This document shows positions 1-8,920 of a stretch of DNA of 64,000 nt, piece by piece (position 1 is the stretch's first letter; every line of letters begins with the position of its first letter). The stretch covers positions 8,980-72,979 of the forward strand of contig JBAWZQ010000003.1 of assembly GCA_037142955.1 (NCBI GenBank). The letters are read 5' to 3'. This DNA is from Opitutaceae bacterium (GTDB lineage: Bacteria > Verrucomicrobiota > Verrucomicrobiia > Opitutales > Opitutaceae). Made by a program: the position numbers and the translations under genes. The notes beneath the pieces were generated by a model. It was given only the letters and a program-made list of their open reading frames with translations, did not search any database and was not told the origin of the DNA.

Positions 1-165
1 ACCTTGGCGCTCAATCGTGCTTTCTGGTAGGTGGCGGTCCCCCCATTGCACGAACTTTCCCGCCGTTGCCGACCGAAAGTTGGGCGCAAATTTCGCGTGT
101 TTCCCAAACGAAGGTCATGGAAACACAGCTTTTTCGTGGGCTGGACCGACTACGCGACGCGAAAT

Positions 166-555
166 TCAGCGGCTGGCCAGCGGTTCGAGCGGCAAGTAGA
201 CAATGCGGTCAGCCCAGTCCCAACTTCCAGTGTCGCGCCAAACGCTCACGAGTAGCTTGGCTTGCTTGCCATACGCCACGACCGGAACTGACCGGCGAAA
301 GAGAATGACCCCGGCGTGTCCCAACCCTTCACGCGTCAGAGCGCCCGCGTGCATCGCCATGCTTGCTCGGTCAAATCCGACCAGCACCAGATTGGCCTCC
401 CTCAGAGTCATCAAGAGCGCGGGATCCTTTGCCGACAGGTAGGCCCCTTCCCTCCAATCCGTGAGATGGATGATGGGAAACGTCGCATCGATGTGCCGAC
501 AGGCAGACACCAAACGATGCGAGGTGTTTTCGTCCGCCAGGAGCCGCAGCTTCAT
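166..555 (-). CDS. DUF5615-family PIN-like toxin, toxin half of a type II TA pair
   Basis: 129-aa ORF beginning MKLRLLADEN, typical of DUF5615/Mut7-C-like small nucleases. It overlaps the upstream DUF433-like ORF by 4 nt (552-555). Confidence 0.55.
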   Translation of the reverse strand: MKLRLLADENTSHRLVSACRHIDATFPIIHLTDWREGAYLSAKDPALLMTLREANLVLVGFDRASMAMHAGALTREGLGHAGVILFRRSVPVVAYGKQAKLLVSVWRDTGSWDWADRIVYLPLEPLASR

Positions 556-914
556 GCGCCAATCTCAACCGAGCGCTGTCGTTCGACTTCGCCAGGATGC
601 GCCGTCGCATAGGCGAGCGCGCTACGCACCAACGATGGTGGCCAACGGAAGTAGGCCGCGGTCTTGGCGATCGCCTTGCTTTGCTGATTAACAGTCACCA
701 CCTCCCAGACTGCCACCCGGTGACCGAGCACAAAGGCTTCGCGGCCATCGACCGAATCGCGAAAGCCGATCCCTGGAAATTCCTCTTCGAGGGCTTTCTC
801 TTTAAGGTAAAGGCTGCTCAAGGTTGAAACCTCAAGGTGACGACGCTTGGCTTGGCGCGAGAGCAGCGTCGCGTGTTCTTCCCCTATGCGGCACGATTGG
901 ACAACGGTGGCCAT
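552..914 (-). CDS. DUF433-domain antitoxin-like protein
   Basis: The C-terminal segment GREAFVLGHRVAVWEVV...SALAYATAHPGEVE resembles the DUF433 fold. The ORF is open to 986, but the internal Met at 914 is preferred. Its stop overlaps the toxin start. Confidence 0.55.
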   Translation of the reverse strand: MATVVQSCRIGEEHATLLSRQAKRRHLEVSTLSSLYLKEKALEEEFPGIGFRDSVDGREAFVLGHRVAVWEVVTVNQQSKAIAKTAAYFRWPPSLVRSALAYATAHPGEVERQRSVEIGA

Positions 915-1134
915 CGCGGGAGCGTCGTTTACAATGTAAACGCTGTCAAGTTCTCTCCAGCCGAATCTAACCGGCCCCACGATCACGAAACTTTGGTTTA
1001 GGTTGCCAGAAGGTTGCCAAACCTACTGCATTTCGCTTCAACTCATTGCAGTTTCCTGCTCTCATCTTTCCGTCAGAAAATATTAACCATCAATTAAGTC
1101 CGCGTAAATGTGGGACTTAGCTTCACGGCGCGAA

Positions 1135-1162
1135 AAGGGTTCGAATCCCTCCCTCTCCGCCA
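1135..1162 (+). other. tRNA-Ser-like 3' fragment: T-arm, acceptor 3' strand, discriminator G and encoded CCA, with no 5' half
   Basis: The sequence reads AAGGG-TTCGAAT-CCCTC, then CCTCTCC-G-CCA, ending at 1162, the same 3' end pattern as bacterial tRNA-Ser (..TCTCTCCGCCA). No complementary GGAGAGG acceptor strand or D-arm occurs within 120 nt upstream. Confidence 0.55.
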
Positions 1163-1321
1163 TTTTTCTAACGAACTGCCAGCCGGGAAATTAAATCAAC
1201 GCGGTCAAGGGAGGTGGGTTTAAAACAAGAACTTGTGCAGGGTGAAATAAACCCTGCGTGCCGATATTGTTAACCTCATGGCATTTTTCCGGACTCAATT
1301 CCGTGCAACTTCGTGATATTT

Positions 1322-1376
1322 GCGCCCCTTTGGTTCGCGTTGAAATCGCGTCTCCTCCGCCAGTTTCTTAACGAAC
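1322..1376 (+). repeat. Diverged second copy of the tRNA 3'-end-like segment plus its flank
   Basis: GGTTCG..CGCG-TTGAAAT-CGCG-TCTCCTCC-G-CCA followed by GTTTCTTAACGAAC. Copy A has CTCCGCCA followed by TTTTTCTAACGAAC, and TGCCAG follows both copies. Confidence 0.4.
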
Positions 1377-1510
1377 CGTAGCTCTGCCAGTTGCACTCTT
1401 GCCCCACTAGGCCGAGTGGTTGGATAAGGCGAACTTCGAGGCAGCAGTTAAATGCGGGTTTCAAAGCGTTTCACGCATTCGCCTAGCCTTGCAGCCATGA
1501 GTAGTGAGTC

Positions 1511-1556
1511 GTGTGATTGACACACTTGTCTATGTGTATCACTTGTGTTGACAACA
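1511..1556 (+). promoter_or_regulatory. Putative promoter/operator of the TacAT-like operon
   Basis: Two TTGACA hexamers (1517-1522, 1548-1553). Palindrome GTGTG-ATTGA-CACAC (1511-1525). Direct repeat CACTTGT at 1523-1529 and 1540-1546. Inverted TTGTC/GACAA. All lie just upstream of the ATG at 1570. Confidence 0.3.
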
Positions 1557-1569
1557 AAGTTCACCTCTT

Positions 1570-1857
1570 ATGGCCACCGCGACCGCCCAAATTCACCTAC
1601 GTACTCCGCCCAGGACCAAATCACTGTTGATCTTGGCCGCGGAACTCTCCGGCGCGACCAATCTGACCGACTACATTCTGCGTGCAGCCGTCGAGCGGGC
1701 CCAAGCCGACCTCATTAGCCAGCAGACTTTCGCGCTCAAAAAAGGTCCATGGAATGAATTTGCGAAACGGCTGGACGCGCCGGCACGTGACTTGCCCCGC
1801 TTGCGCAAACTTCTGACGACTCCCGATGTCTTCATCCAAAACGCCCAATCGACCTGA
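1570..1857 (+). CDS. DUF1778 (TacA-like) antitoxin
   Basis: 95-aa ORF with a ribbon-helix-helix-type pattern (LRTPPRTKSLLILAAELSGATNLTDYILRAAVERA...WNEFAKRLDAP). It overlaps the downstream GNAT ORF. Confidence 0.7.
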   Translation: MATATAQIHLRTPPRTKSLLILAAELSGATNLTDYILRAAVERAQADLISQQTFALKKGPWNEFAKRLDAPARDLPRLRKLLTTPDVFIQNAQST

Positions 1858-2347
1858 GCCGCTGGGAGCGCATCATCAGGTTGCTACATTCGATTGCGGT
1901 GCTCTGCCACTTGACGAGTTCTTGTCCCGCCACGCGCTTGGCAACCACCAGTCCGGGACAGCGAAGACCTACGTCGCGACCACAGACAGCCATATCGTTG
2001 TCGGCTATTATAGTTTGGCTGCATCACAGATCCTATACGCAGAGGCACCGACCCGCCTACAAAAAGGTGCACCGCGCCACCCGATTCCGGTCGTGCTCTT
2101 GGCGAGACTCGCAGTGGACCGTTCCTGGCAAGGCAAAGGACTTGGAGCTGGACTGCTCAAGGACGCGATTATCCGTGTGTTGACCGCTGCCGAGGGCTTC
2201 GGCGTGCGCGCGTTGCTCGTGCATGCCAAGGACGAAGCAGCCAAAGCCTTCTACGAACGTTACGATTTCGCGCCGCTACCAGGTTACCCGATGCACCTCG
2301 TGCTCCTCCTCAAGGATGCTAGGCGCATAGTCACTGCCTGTGCTTAA
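1826..2347 (+). CDS. GNAT-family acetyltransferase toxin (TacT/AtaT-like)
   Basis: 173 aa. Contains FDCG..PLDEFL, VVGYYSLAAS, LARLAVDRSWQGKGLGAGLL (acetyl-CoA-binding Q/RxxGxG/A) and AFYERYDF, and is paired with a DUF1778 gene. Confidence 0.75.
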   Translation: MSSSKTPNRPEPLGAHHQVATFDCGALPLDEFLSRHALGNHQSGTAKTYVATTDSHIVVGYYSLAASQILYAEAPTRLQKGAPRHPIPVVLLARLAVDRSWQGKGLGAGLLKDAIIRVLTAAEGFGVRALLVHAKDEAAKAFYERYDFAPLPGYPMHLVLLLKDARRIVTACA

Positions 2348-2604
2348 AATGGTGAAACGACGAGCCCACCCCATGTCTGCGCCTCCCTATGGGTCACGCG
2401 TATATGCGTAAGACGTCGTGGATGACGGCTCAAGGTTGTCGATCTCTGATTGGCAACTGGGAATCAAGATGCCCTTGGTCGAAGTGGCGCGAATACGCGA
2501 GAAGGCACCATCCAAACCTTGCCGCCCGCTCCAACGGTTCTTGGCACCAGGGAGCTCGGTCGCGGCGGATTCGGCGAGATTTCACCTCTAAAAATCATCT
2601 ATTA

Positions 2605-2627
2605 GCGCCACTTCGGTTCGCGTTGAA
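2605..2627 (+). repeat. Third, truncated copy of the repeat, a direct repeat of 1322-1344
   Basis: GCGCCACTTCGGTTCGCGTTGAA matches GCGCCCCTTTGGTTCGCGTTGAA at 21 of 23 positions. The two copies bracket the TacA/TacT-like cassette. Confidence 0.4.
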
Positions 2628-2681
2628 TGAGGTTACCCCGATTTGAGGGACACGAGTTGAGCCCAAAGAAATGACTCAACC

Positions 2682-3026
2682 ATGACAAAGAAGCAGGAAA
2701 GCGGGGCAACGCCCCGGCAGTATGACGCCGCGTTCAAGGACGAGGCTGTGCGCATGTGGCAGACCAGCGGTCAATCGGCCGAGGTGACCGCCCGGGCACT
2801 AGGAATCAGTGTGTTCCACCTTTATGAGTGGAAGAAGCGGGTAAGCCAGCTGATCCGGCGGCCCGGCTCACCTGGCTTACCCGAGGGCAAGGAAGCGTTG
2901 CAGTTGGAGGTACTGCGACTGCGGCAGGAAAACCTCCGGCTCACCGAGCAGCGCGACATCCTAAAAAAAGCCGCGGGCATACTTTCAGAACCGCCGCTGA
3001 GAGGTATGCCCGGATACAGGCCATGA
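2682..3026 (+). CDS. IS3-family transposase OrfA (HTH plus leucine zipper)
   Basis: 114 aa. Contains YDAAFKDEAVRMW, the HTH ARALGISVFHLYEWKK, and the heptad region LQLEVLRLRQENLRLTEQRDILKKAAG. Confidence 0.85.
   Translation: MTKKQESGATPRQYDAAFKDEAVRMWQTSGQSAEVTARALGISVFHLYEWKKRVSQLIRRPGSPGLPEGKEALQLEVLRLRQENLRLTEQRDILKKAAGILSEPPLRGMPGYRP
2963..2970 (+). promoter_or_regulatory. Programmed -1 ribosomal frameshift site (A AAA AAA G)
   Basis: The orfA zero frame reads CTA AAA AAA GCC. The orfB frame is exactly -1 relative to orfA, and the overlap window is typical of IS3/IS911. Confidence 0.7.
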
Positions 3027-3859
3027 GCGGCGAGTATCCCATCAAAGTCTTATGCGCGACGCTTGAGGTCTCGCGCAGTGGTTACTATGCGTGGGTACAC
3101 TCCACCGAGTCGACCCACGCGTTCCGGGATCAGGAACTACGCGCTAGGATTGCCTTGGTGCATCAGCAGTCACGGGAAACTTACGGCAGTCCACGGATCA
3201 CTGTGGAACTGAAGGCACAAGGCGAGGCCGTCGGTCGGCATCGCGTCGCTCGCTTGATGCGGCAGGACGGTCTACGGGGCCGACAGCGGCGACGGTATCG
3301 CGTGCGCACCACTGACAGCCGACACTCGCATCCGATTGCGCCTAACCGGCTCGCGACGCTGCCGGCCCCGACCAAGCCGAATCAGGTCTGGGTGAGTGAT
3401 CTGACTTACGTGCCGACCGACGAAGGCTGGCTGTATGTCGCCGGCATGCTCGATCGTTGCAGCCGTTGCTTGGTTGGTTGGCCCATGGGCTCAACCCTCG
3501 ATACCGCGGTGCCGTTGGCCGCTTTGATGATGGCTTTGCGCCGACGCCGGCCTAGCCATGGTCTTATCCATCACTCCGATCGCGGAGTGCAGTATGCCAG
3601 TGCCGATTATCGTTCCGCGCTCGCCGACCACGGCCTCGTCGCCTCGATGAGCCGCCGAGGCAACTGCTACGATAACGCCGCAATGGAATCGTTCTGGAGT
3701 AGCTTGAAAAATGAACTCGTTCATCGTCGTCGCTTCGCCACTCGGGCTGACGCCCGCACCGCGATCTTCGATTATATCGAGTCCTTCTACAACCGCTCAC
3801 GTCGCCACTCCTCACTTGGCTATCAAAGCCCGCTCGACTACGAATCCTCCCTCAGCTAA
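2963..3859 (+). CDS. IS3-family transposase OrfB part (DDE integrase core), expressed as an OrfAB fusion by a -1 frameshift
   Basis: The -1 frame, open from 2828, reads KKSRGHTF..YPIKVLCATLEVSRSGYYAW...WVSDLTYV...HSDRGVQYAS...NAAMESFWSSLKNE, a DDE rve core. Confidence 0.8.
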   Translation, partial: KKSRGHTFRTAAERYARIQAMSGEYPIKVLCATLEVSRSGYYAWVHSTESTHAFRDQELRARIALVHQQSRETYGSPRITVELKAQGEAVGRHRVARLMRQDGLRGRQRRRYRVRTTDSRHSHPIAPNRLATLPAPTKPNQVWVSDLTYVPTDEGWLYVAGMLDRCSRCLVGWPMGSTLDTAVPLAALMMALRRRRPSHGLIHHSDRGVQYASADYRSALADHGLVASMSRRGNCYDNAAMESFWSSLKNELVHRRRFATRADARTAIFDYIESFYNRSRRHSSLGYQSPLDYESSLS

Positions 3860-3893
3860 ATAAAACCATAACACGCCCAACGCGTGTCCGTCA

Positions 3894-4442
3894 GACCCGG
3901 GGAAGCACACCACCGATTTGTCTAAGAACCACGGACTCATCGCGGCGGAGGCCTTACGCGCCAAAAACATGACGGCATCCGCCCAGGGCACGCTCGAAGC
4001 CCCAGGCACCCGCGTAGCCCAAAAAGCTGGCCGGAACCGCGCGCTTTTGGAGCTGGGCTTTGGTATCCTAATGCAGCAGTTAGCCTACAAGCAGGCGTGG
4101 CGCAGACACGCCTTCATCCAGGTGGACCCGGCCTATACCTCGCAGACTTGCCCCCGTACAGGGTGCGGTCATGTCCATCAGGATAACCGGCCGAACCGCG
4201 ACACCTTCCGCTGTGTTCGCTGTGGGTATACCGACGCCGCCGACTTCGCGGCCGCCGAGATTATCCTGCGGCGCGGTAAACAAACATTTTCGGCGGTGCG
4301 CACTGCGCCCGCCTTGGCGGCCGGACTTGGCCGTGACTGTGCGCCGGGGGCTTCCGCCCCCAGAGGCCATCGGGCCTCACACTCGCGAACCAAACCCAGT
4401 TTGCGTCTATCCACGCAGGCAACGGGAATCCCGGCCTTTTAA
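3894..4442 (+). pseudogene. tnpB: 5'-truncated TnpB (IS200/IS605-family RNA-guided nuclease) remnant
   Basis: Begins directly at the IS3 right end. Contains IAAEALRAKNM (RuvC-II Glu region), AYTSQTCPRTGCGHV...FRCVRCGYTDAADFAAAEIILRRG (zinc finger plus RuvC-III Asp). Only about 180 codons remain; the N-terminal two thirds are missing. Confidence 0.75.
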
Positions 4443-4601
4443 GGCCGGGAGGATGTCAAAATCAAGTGTCCTTCGCCAGTTTTTCAATCAGGGTCGCTCG
4501 TTCGGGCTAATGACCGGAGGATTTATAGAAAAGCATCTTGCTCGACCGACCTCGGTCACTACGTTCAACTTTGATAGTGTTTTAACAACCCAATTTTATC
4601 C

Positions 4602-5111
4602 ATGGTCTCGGCAAACTCCGAATTTGGCTACAACGGCAAGGTCGAAGGCGAAGTCATCGTCTCTCGGGCCGACGCGGTCATTAACTGGATCCGCACAAAC
4701 TCCGTGTGGCCGATGCCGATGGGTTTGGCCTGCTGCGCCATCGAATTGATGGCCGTCGGCAACGGCCGTTTCGACATCGCTCGCTTCGGCGCCGAGGTGA
4801 TGCGTTTTTCCCCGCGTCAGGCAGATTGCATGATTGTTGCCGGTACCGTGACCTACAAAATGGCACCGGTGGTGCGTCGTATTTACGATCAGATGACCTC
4901 GCCCAAGTGGGTGATTGCTATGGGCGCCTGCGCTAGTTCGGGCGGCATGTACCGTAGTTACGCGACGTTGCAGGGCGTGGATCGGATTATTCCGGTCGAC
5001 GTGTATGTTAGCGGGTGCCCTCCGCGTCCGGAGGCTTTGCTCGACGCACTCATCAAGCTCCAGAGCAAGATCAAGACCGAGCATTCCGCCGCCCAACTTT
5101 TTAAGGCCTGA
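4602..5111 (+). CDS. nuoB: NADH-quinone oxidoreductase subunit B
   Basis: Contains [15 protein letters not shown] and SGCPPRPE, the ligands of the N2 cluster. Confidence 0.95.
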   Translation: MVSANSEFGYNGKVEGEVIVSRADAVINWIRTNSVWPMPMGLACCAIELMAVGNGRFDIARFGAEVMRFSPRQADCMIVAGTVTYKMAPVVRRIYDQMTSPKWVIAMGACASSGGMYRSYATLQGVDRIIPVDVYVSGCPPRPEALLDALIKLQSKIKTEHSAAQLFKA

Positions 5112-5147
5112 GTCCTGCTCCAGGATAAACTCATTTTTCATTTAAAA

Positions 5148-5777
5148 ATGTCTGCTTCCGTCGACGCCCTTAGCGCCCTCAAGGCTAAATTTCCGCAGGT
5201 GACTGACCGTGCCAGCCGCGATTGTCCTGCGGTCGATGTGCCCACGGCGGACCTTGTCGCCGCGTTGAAATCGCTACGTGATGAGGCCGGTTTTGACTTA
5301 CTGTCGGATGTCACGGCGATCGATTGGGCTGAGGGTGCAACACCCCGCTTTACAGCGGTTTATCATCTTTATTCGACCATCTCGCGTGCGGCCGTTCGTG
5401 TGGCGACGGCGTGCACGGGTGATGATGCGACTCCGGCAGTGCCGAGCGTAGTGGACCTTTGGCCAGCGGCCAACTGGCACGAACGCGAGGCCTACGATAT
5501 GTTTGGAATTAAGTTCGAAGGTCACCCAGACTTGCGCCGTATTTTGATGTGGGATGGTTATCCCTATCATCCTTTGCGCAAGGAATTCCCTTTGGCGGGC
5601 ATCGAGACAGCGTTGCCCGATCTCGAAGTAGCCGAAGAAACCCAAGCTAAAGTGATCCCGGCGCCGATGGTAGGCGGACCCTTTGTGGCGTCTTCCGGCG
5701 AGATGAACCTCACCGAAGCCGAGCCCCGCGCCAAAGACGAGAGCTGGAATGAACGCTCCGCTAAACCCCAAGCCTGA
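5148..5777 (+). CDS. nuoC: NADH-quinone oxidoreductase subunit C
   Basis: Contains ANWHEREAYDMFGIKFEGHPDLRRIL, and lies between nuoB and nuoD. Confidence 0.9.
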   Translation: MSASVDALSALKAKFPQVTDRASRDCPAVDVPTADLVAALKSLRDEAGFDLLSDVTAIDWAEGATPRFTAVYHLYSTISRAAVRVATACTGDDATPAVPSVVDLWPAANWHEREAYDMFGIKFEGHPDLRRILMWDGYPYHPLRKEFPLAGIETALPDLEVAEETQAKVIPAPMVGGPFVASSGEMNLTEAEPRAKDESWNERSAKPQA

Positions 5778-5789
5778 TTTACCGACGCC

Positions 5790-7022
5790 ATGGCCACCGA
5801 AATTGCCTTTCCTGATAGCGCGGCGAAAGCCGCCGGCGCCGAGCAAGAATTTGCGCCGGAAAAGATGTCCCTCTCGATGGGACCTTCCCATCCGTCCACG
5901 CACGGCGTATTGCGCCTCCAGATGGAGCTGGATGGCGAAGTCCTCACGAAGTGCGACCCGATCGTCGGTTACTTGCACCGCGGCGACGAGAAGATCGCCG
6001 AGAACATGACCTATAACCAGTTCGTGCCTTACACGGACCGGTTAGATTATCTCGCCCCGCTCGCCAACAACATGGCCTACGCCATCGCGGTGGAAAAACT
6101 CGCGGGCCTTGAAGTCCCAGTGCGTTGCCAAGCGATCCGCGTGCTTACGGCGGAAATGGCCCGCATCTCGGCGCACTTGATGGGCCTCGGCGCATTTGGC
6201 TTGGATGTCGGTGCTTGGACTGTGCTCGTGCATTCGCTCAATCAGCGCGAACACCTGTACAAACTCTTTGAAGAACTCACCGGCGCGCGTTTCACGACGA
6301 GTTACACTCGTATTGGCGGTGTTTCGCGTGATGTACCCGAGGGTTGGCTCGGCCGCGTGATTGCATTTTGCGATCAGTTCGAGCCTTCGCTCGAGGAAAC
6401 GTTGGCGTTGCTGACGCGAAATAAGATTTTCCAAGACCGTACGGTCGGCGTCGGTATCATTACGAAAGCCGATGCACTCGCCTATGGTCTTACTGGACCT
6501 AATCTGCGTGGTTCCGGTGTGGCGCTCGACCTGCGCAAAGATCGACCTTACTCAGGCTACGAGCAGTACGAATTCGATGTTCCCGTGGGCTCGAAAGGCG
6601 ATTGCTACGATCGTTATCTTTGCCGCGGTGAAGAGATGCGTCAGTCGGTGCGAATTATCCGTCAGGTCATCGCTAAATTTCCAGGTGGTGATTGGTATGC
6701 GAAAGATGCGCGCAAGATTTTCGCGCCGCCTAAGGACAAAATTCTCACCTCGATGGAGGAGTTAATTAACAATTTCATGATCGTCACCGAAGGTCCGCAA
6801 ATCCCTTCCGGCGAGGTCTATTTTGAAGCGGAAAATCCCAAGGGTGCCCTTGGTTTTTACATAGTTAGCAAAGGCGGCGGAGTACCGTGGCGCATGAAGA
6901 TCCGCTCACCCTCGTTCTGCAATCTCTCCATTTTGCCCAAAGTCTGCGTCGGTACCATGATGTCCGATGTCGTTACGTTGCTCGGCTCCCTCGACTTCGT
7001 CATGGGCGAGTGCGATCGTTAA
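5790..7022 (+). CDS. nuoD: NADH-quinone oxidoreductase subunit D
   Basis: 410 aa. Contains MGPSHPSTHGVLRL, GYLHRG.EK, and C-terminal DFVMGECDR. Confidence 0.95.
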   Translation: MATEIAFPDSAAKAAGAEQEFAPEKMSLSMGPSHPSTHGVLRLQMELDGEVLTKCDPIVGYLHRGDEKIAENMTYNQFVPYTDRLDYLAPLANNMAYAIAVEKLAGLEVPVRCQAIRVLTAEMARISAHLMGLGAFGLDVGAWTVLVHSLNQREHLYKLFEELTGARFTTSYTRIGGVSRDVPEGWLGRVIAFCDQFEPSLEETLALLTRNKIFQDRTVGVGIITKADALAYGLTGPNLRGSGVALDLRKDRPYSGYEQYEFDVPVGSKGDCYDRYLCRGEEMRQSVRIIRQVIAKFPGGDWYAKDARKIFAPPKDKILTSMEELINNFMIVTEGPQIPSGEVYFEAENPKGALGFYIVSKGGGVPWRMKIRSPSFCNLSILPKVCVGTMMSDVVTLLGSLDFVMGECDR

Positions 7023-7044
7023 GTTTTTCCGCGAACCCAGCTCG

Positions 7045-7530
7045 ATGAATCTCAAGCCCGAAACACTCTCCAAGATCGACGAGGTAATTACGCATTACCC
7101 GACGAAGCGGAGCGCCACGCTCCCGTTGCTGCACCTCATCCAAGAGGATGTCGGACATCTCCCGCCAGACACCAGTGAATGGGTCGCCGCCAAGCTCGAG
7201 CTGCAGCCGATCAACGTGCTCGAAGTGATCACGTTTTACCCGATGTTCCGGCAGAAGCCGATCGGTCGTCGACACATTAAGGTCTGCCGCACGCTTTCCT
7301 GCGCTCTGCTTGGTGGTTATAAGACCTGCGCGACCTTTGAGAAAGAGTTTCATACTCACCTCGGCGAAGTCTCGCCCGATGGCGAGGTCACGGTTGATTT
7401 CGTGGAATGTCTCGCCAGTTGCGGCACCGCGCCGGTTGTTATGATCGACGACGAACTCCATGAGAAGGTCGACTGCGCGAAAGCGAAACAGTTAAGCGAC
7501 CAGATCAAAGCTGAAGCCAAGAAACGCTGA
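7045..7530 (+). CDS. nuoE: NADH-quinone oxidoreductase subunit E (2Fe-2S)
   Basis: Contains KVCRTLSCALLG and ECLASCGTAPVVMI. The start is taken at the internal Met (MNLKPETL), after the nuoD stop. Confidence 0.9.
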   Translation: MNLKPETLSKIDEVITHYPTKRSATLPLLHLIQEDVGHLPPDTSEWVAAKLELQPINVLEVITFYPMFRQKPIGRRHIKVCRTLSCALLGGYKTCATFEKEFHTHLGEVSPDGEVTVDFVECLASCGTAPVVMIDDELHEKVDCAKAKQLSDQIKAEAKKR

Positions 7531-7543
7531 CCCCTTTCCGTCC

Positions 7544-8905
<1,362 letters not shown>

Positions 8906-8920
8906 CCCTCTCCCGTCCCG

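Larger units (their letters stand above)
2644..3893 (+). mobile_element. IS3-family insertion sequence (about 1250 bp) with imperfect terminal inverted repeats
   Basis: IRL TGAGGGACACGAGTTGAGC matches the reverse complement of IRR, TGACGGACACGCGTTGGGC, at 16 of 19 positions with TG..CA ends. It has orfA/orfB architecture and an A7 slippery site. No clear target-site duplication was seen. Confidence 0.85.

Noticed and set aside
1135-1162. Possibility that the CCA-ending T-arm/acceptor fragment is the acceptor piece of a permuted two-piece tmRNA, or the 3' end of a standard tmRNA.
   Set aside because: The discriminator is G rather than A. No 5' strand in the vicinity could supply a G3:U70 acceptor pair. 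No tag reading frame or pseudoknot region was recognised. The end matches tRNA-Ser much better.
1162-1362. The CCA ends of fragment copies A and B are exactly 200 bp apart, which might suggest a 200-bp tandem repeat.
   Set aside because: Only about 45 nt around each CCA are similar. The sequences between and after them do not align, so the spacing appears coincidental.
1276-1464. 62-aa minus-strand ORF in the tRNA-fragment zone.
   Set aside because: It has no domain, an Arg-rich tail, and overlaps the tRNA-like fragments, so a chance ORF is most likely.
2389-2646. 85-aa ORF between the GNAT toxin gene and the IS3 left end. It was considered as the missing N-terminal part of TnpB.
   Set aside because: No TnpB-like motifs appear in any frame of 2348-2643, and only about 290 nt are available. 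The ORF runs through repeat copy C and abuts the IS, so it is most likely non-coding.
4171-4749. 192-aa ORF bridging the TnpB remnant and nuoB. It was considered as a possible nuoA substitute.
   Set aside because: It is out of frame with both neighbours, is not hydrophobic, has no NuoA motifs, and overlaps the well-supported nuoB start.
5298-5978. Other long antisense or alternative-frame ORFs. The coordinates given are the first example (226 aa); the rest include 9281-9991, 11702-12388, 36981-37622, 44066-44773, 59076-59903, 60566-61252 and 63221-63751.
   Set aside because: All lie fully within confidently assigned genes on the other strand or frame. They are low-complexity and Arg/Gly/Ala-rich, which is typical of GC-rich artefacts.
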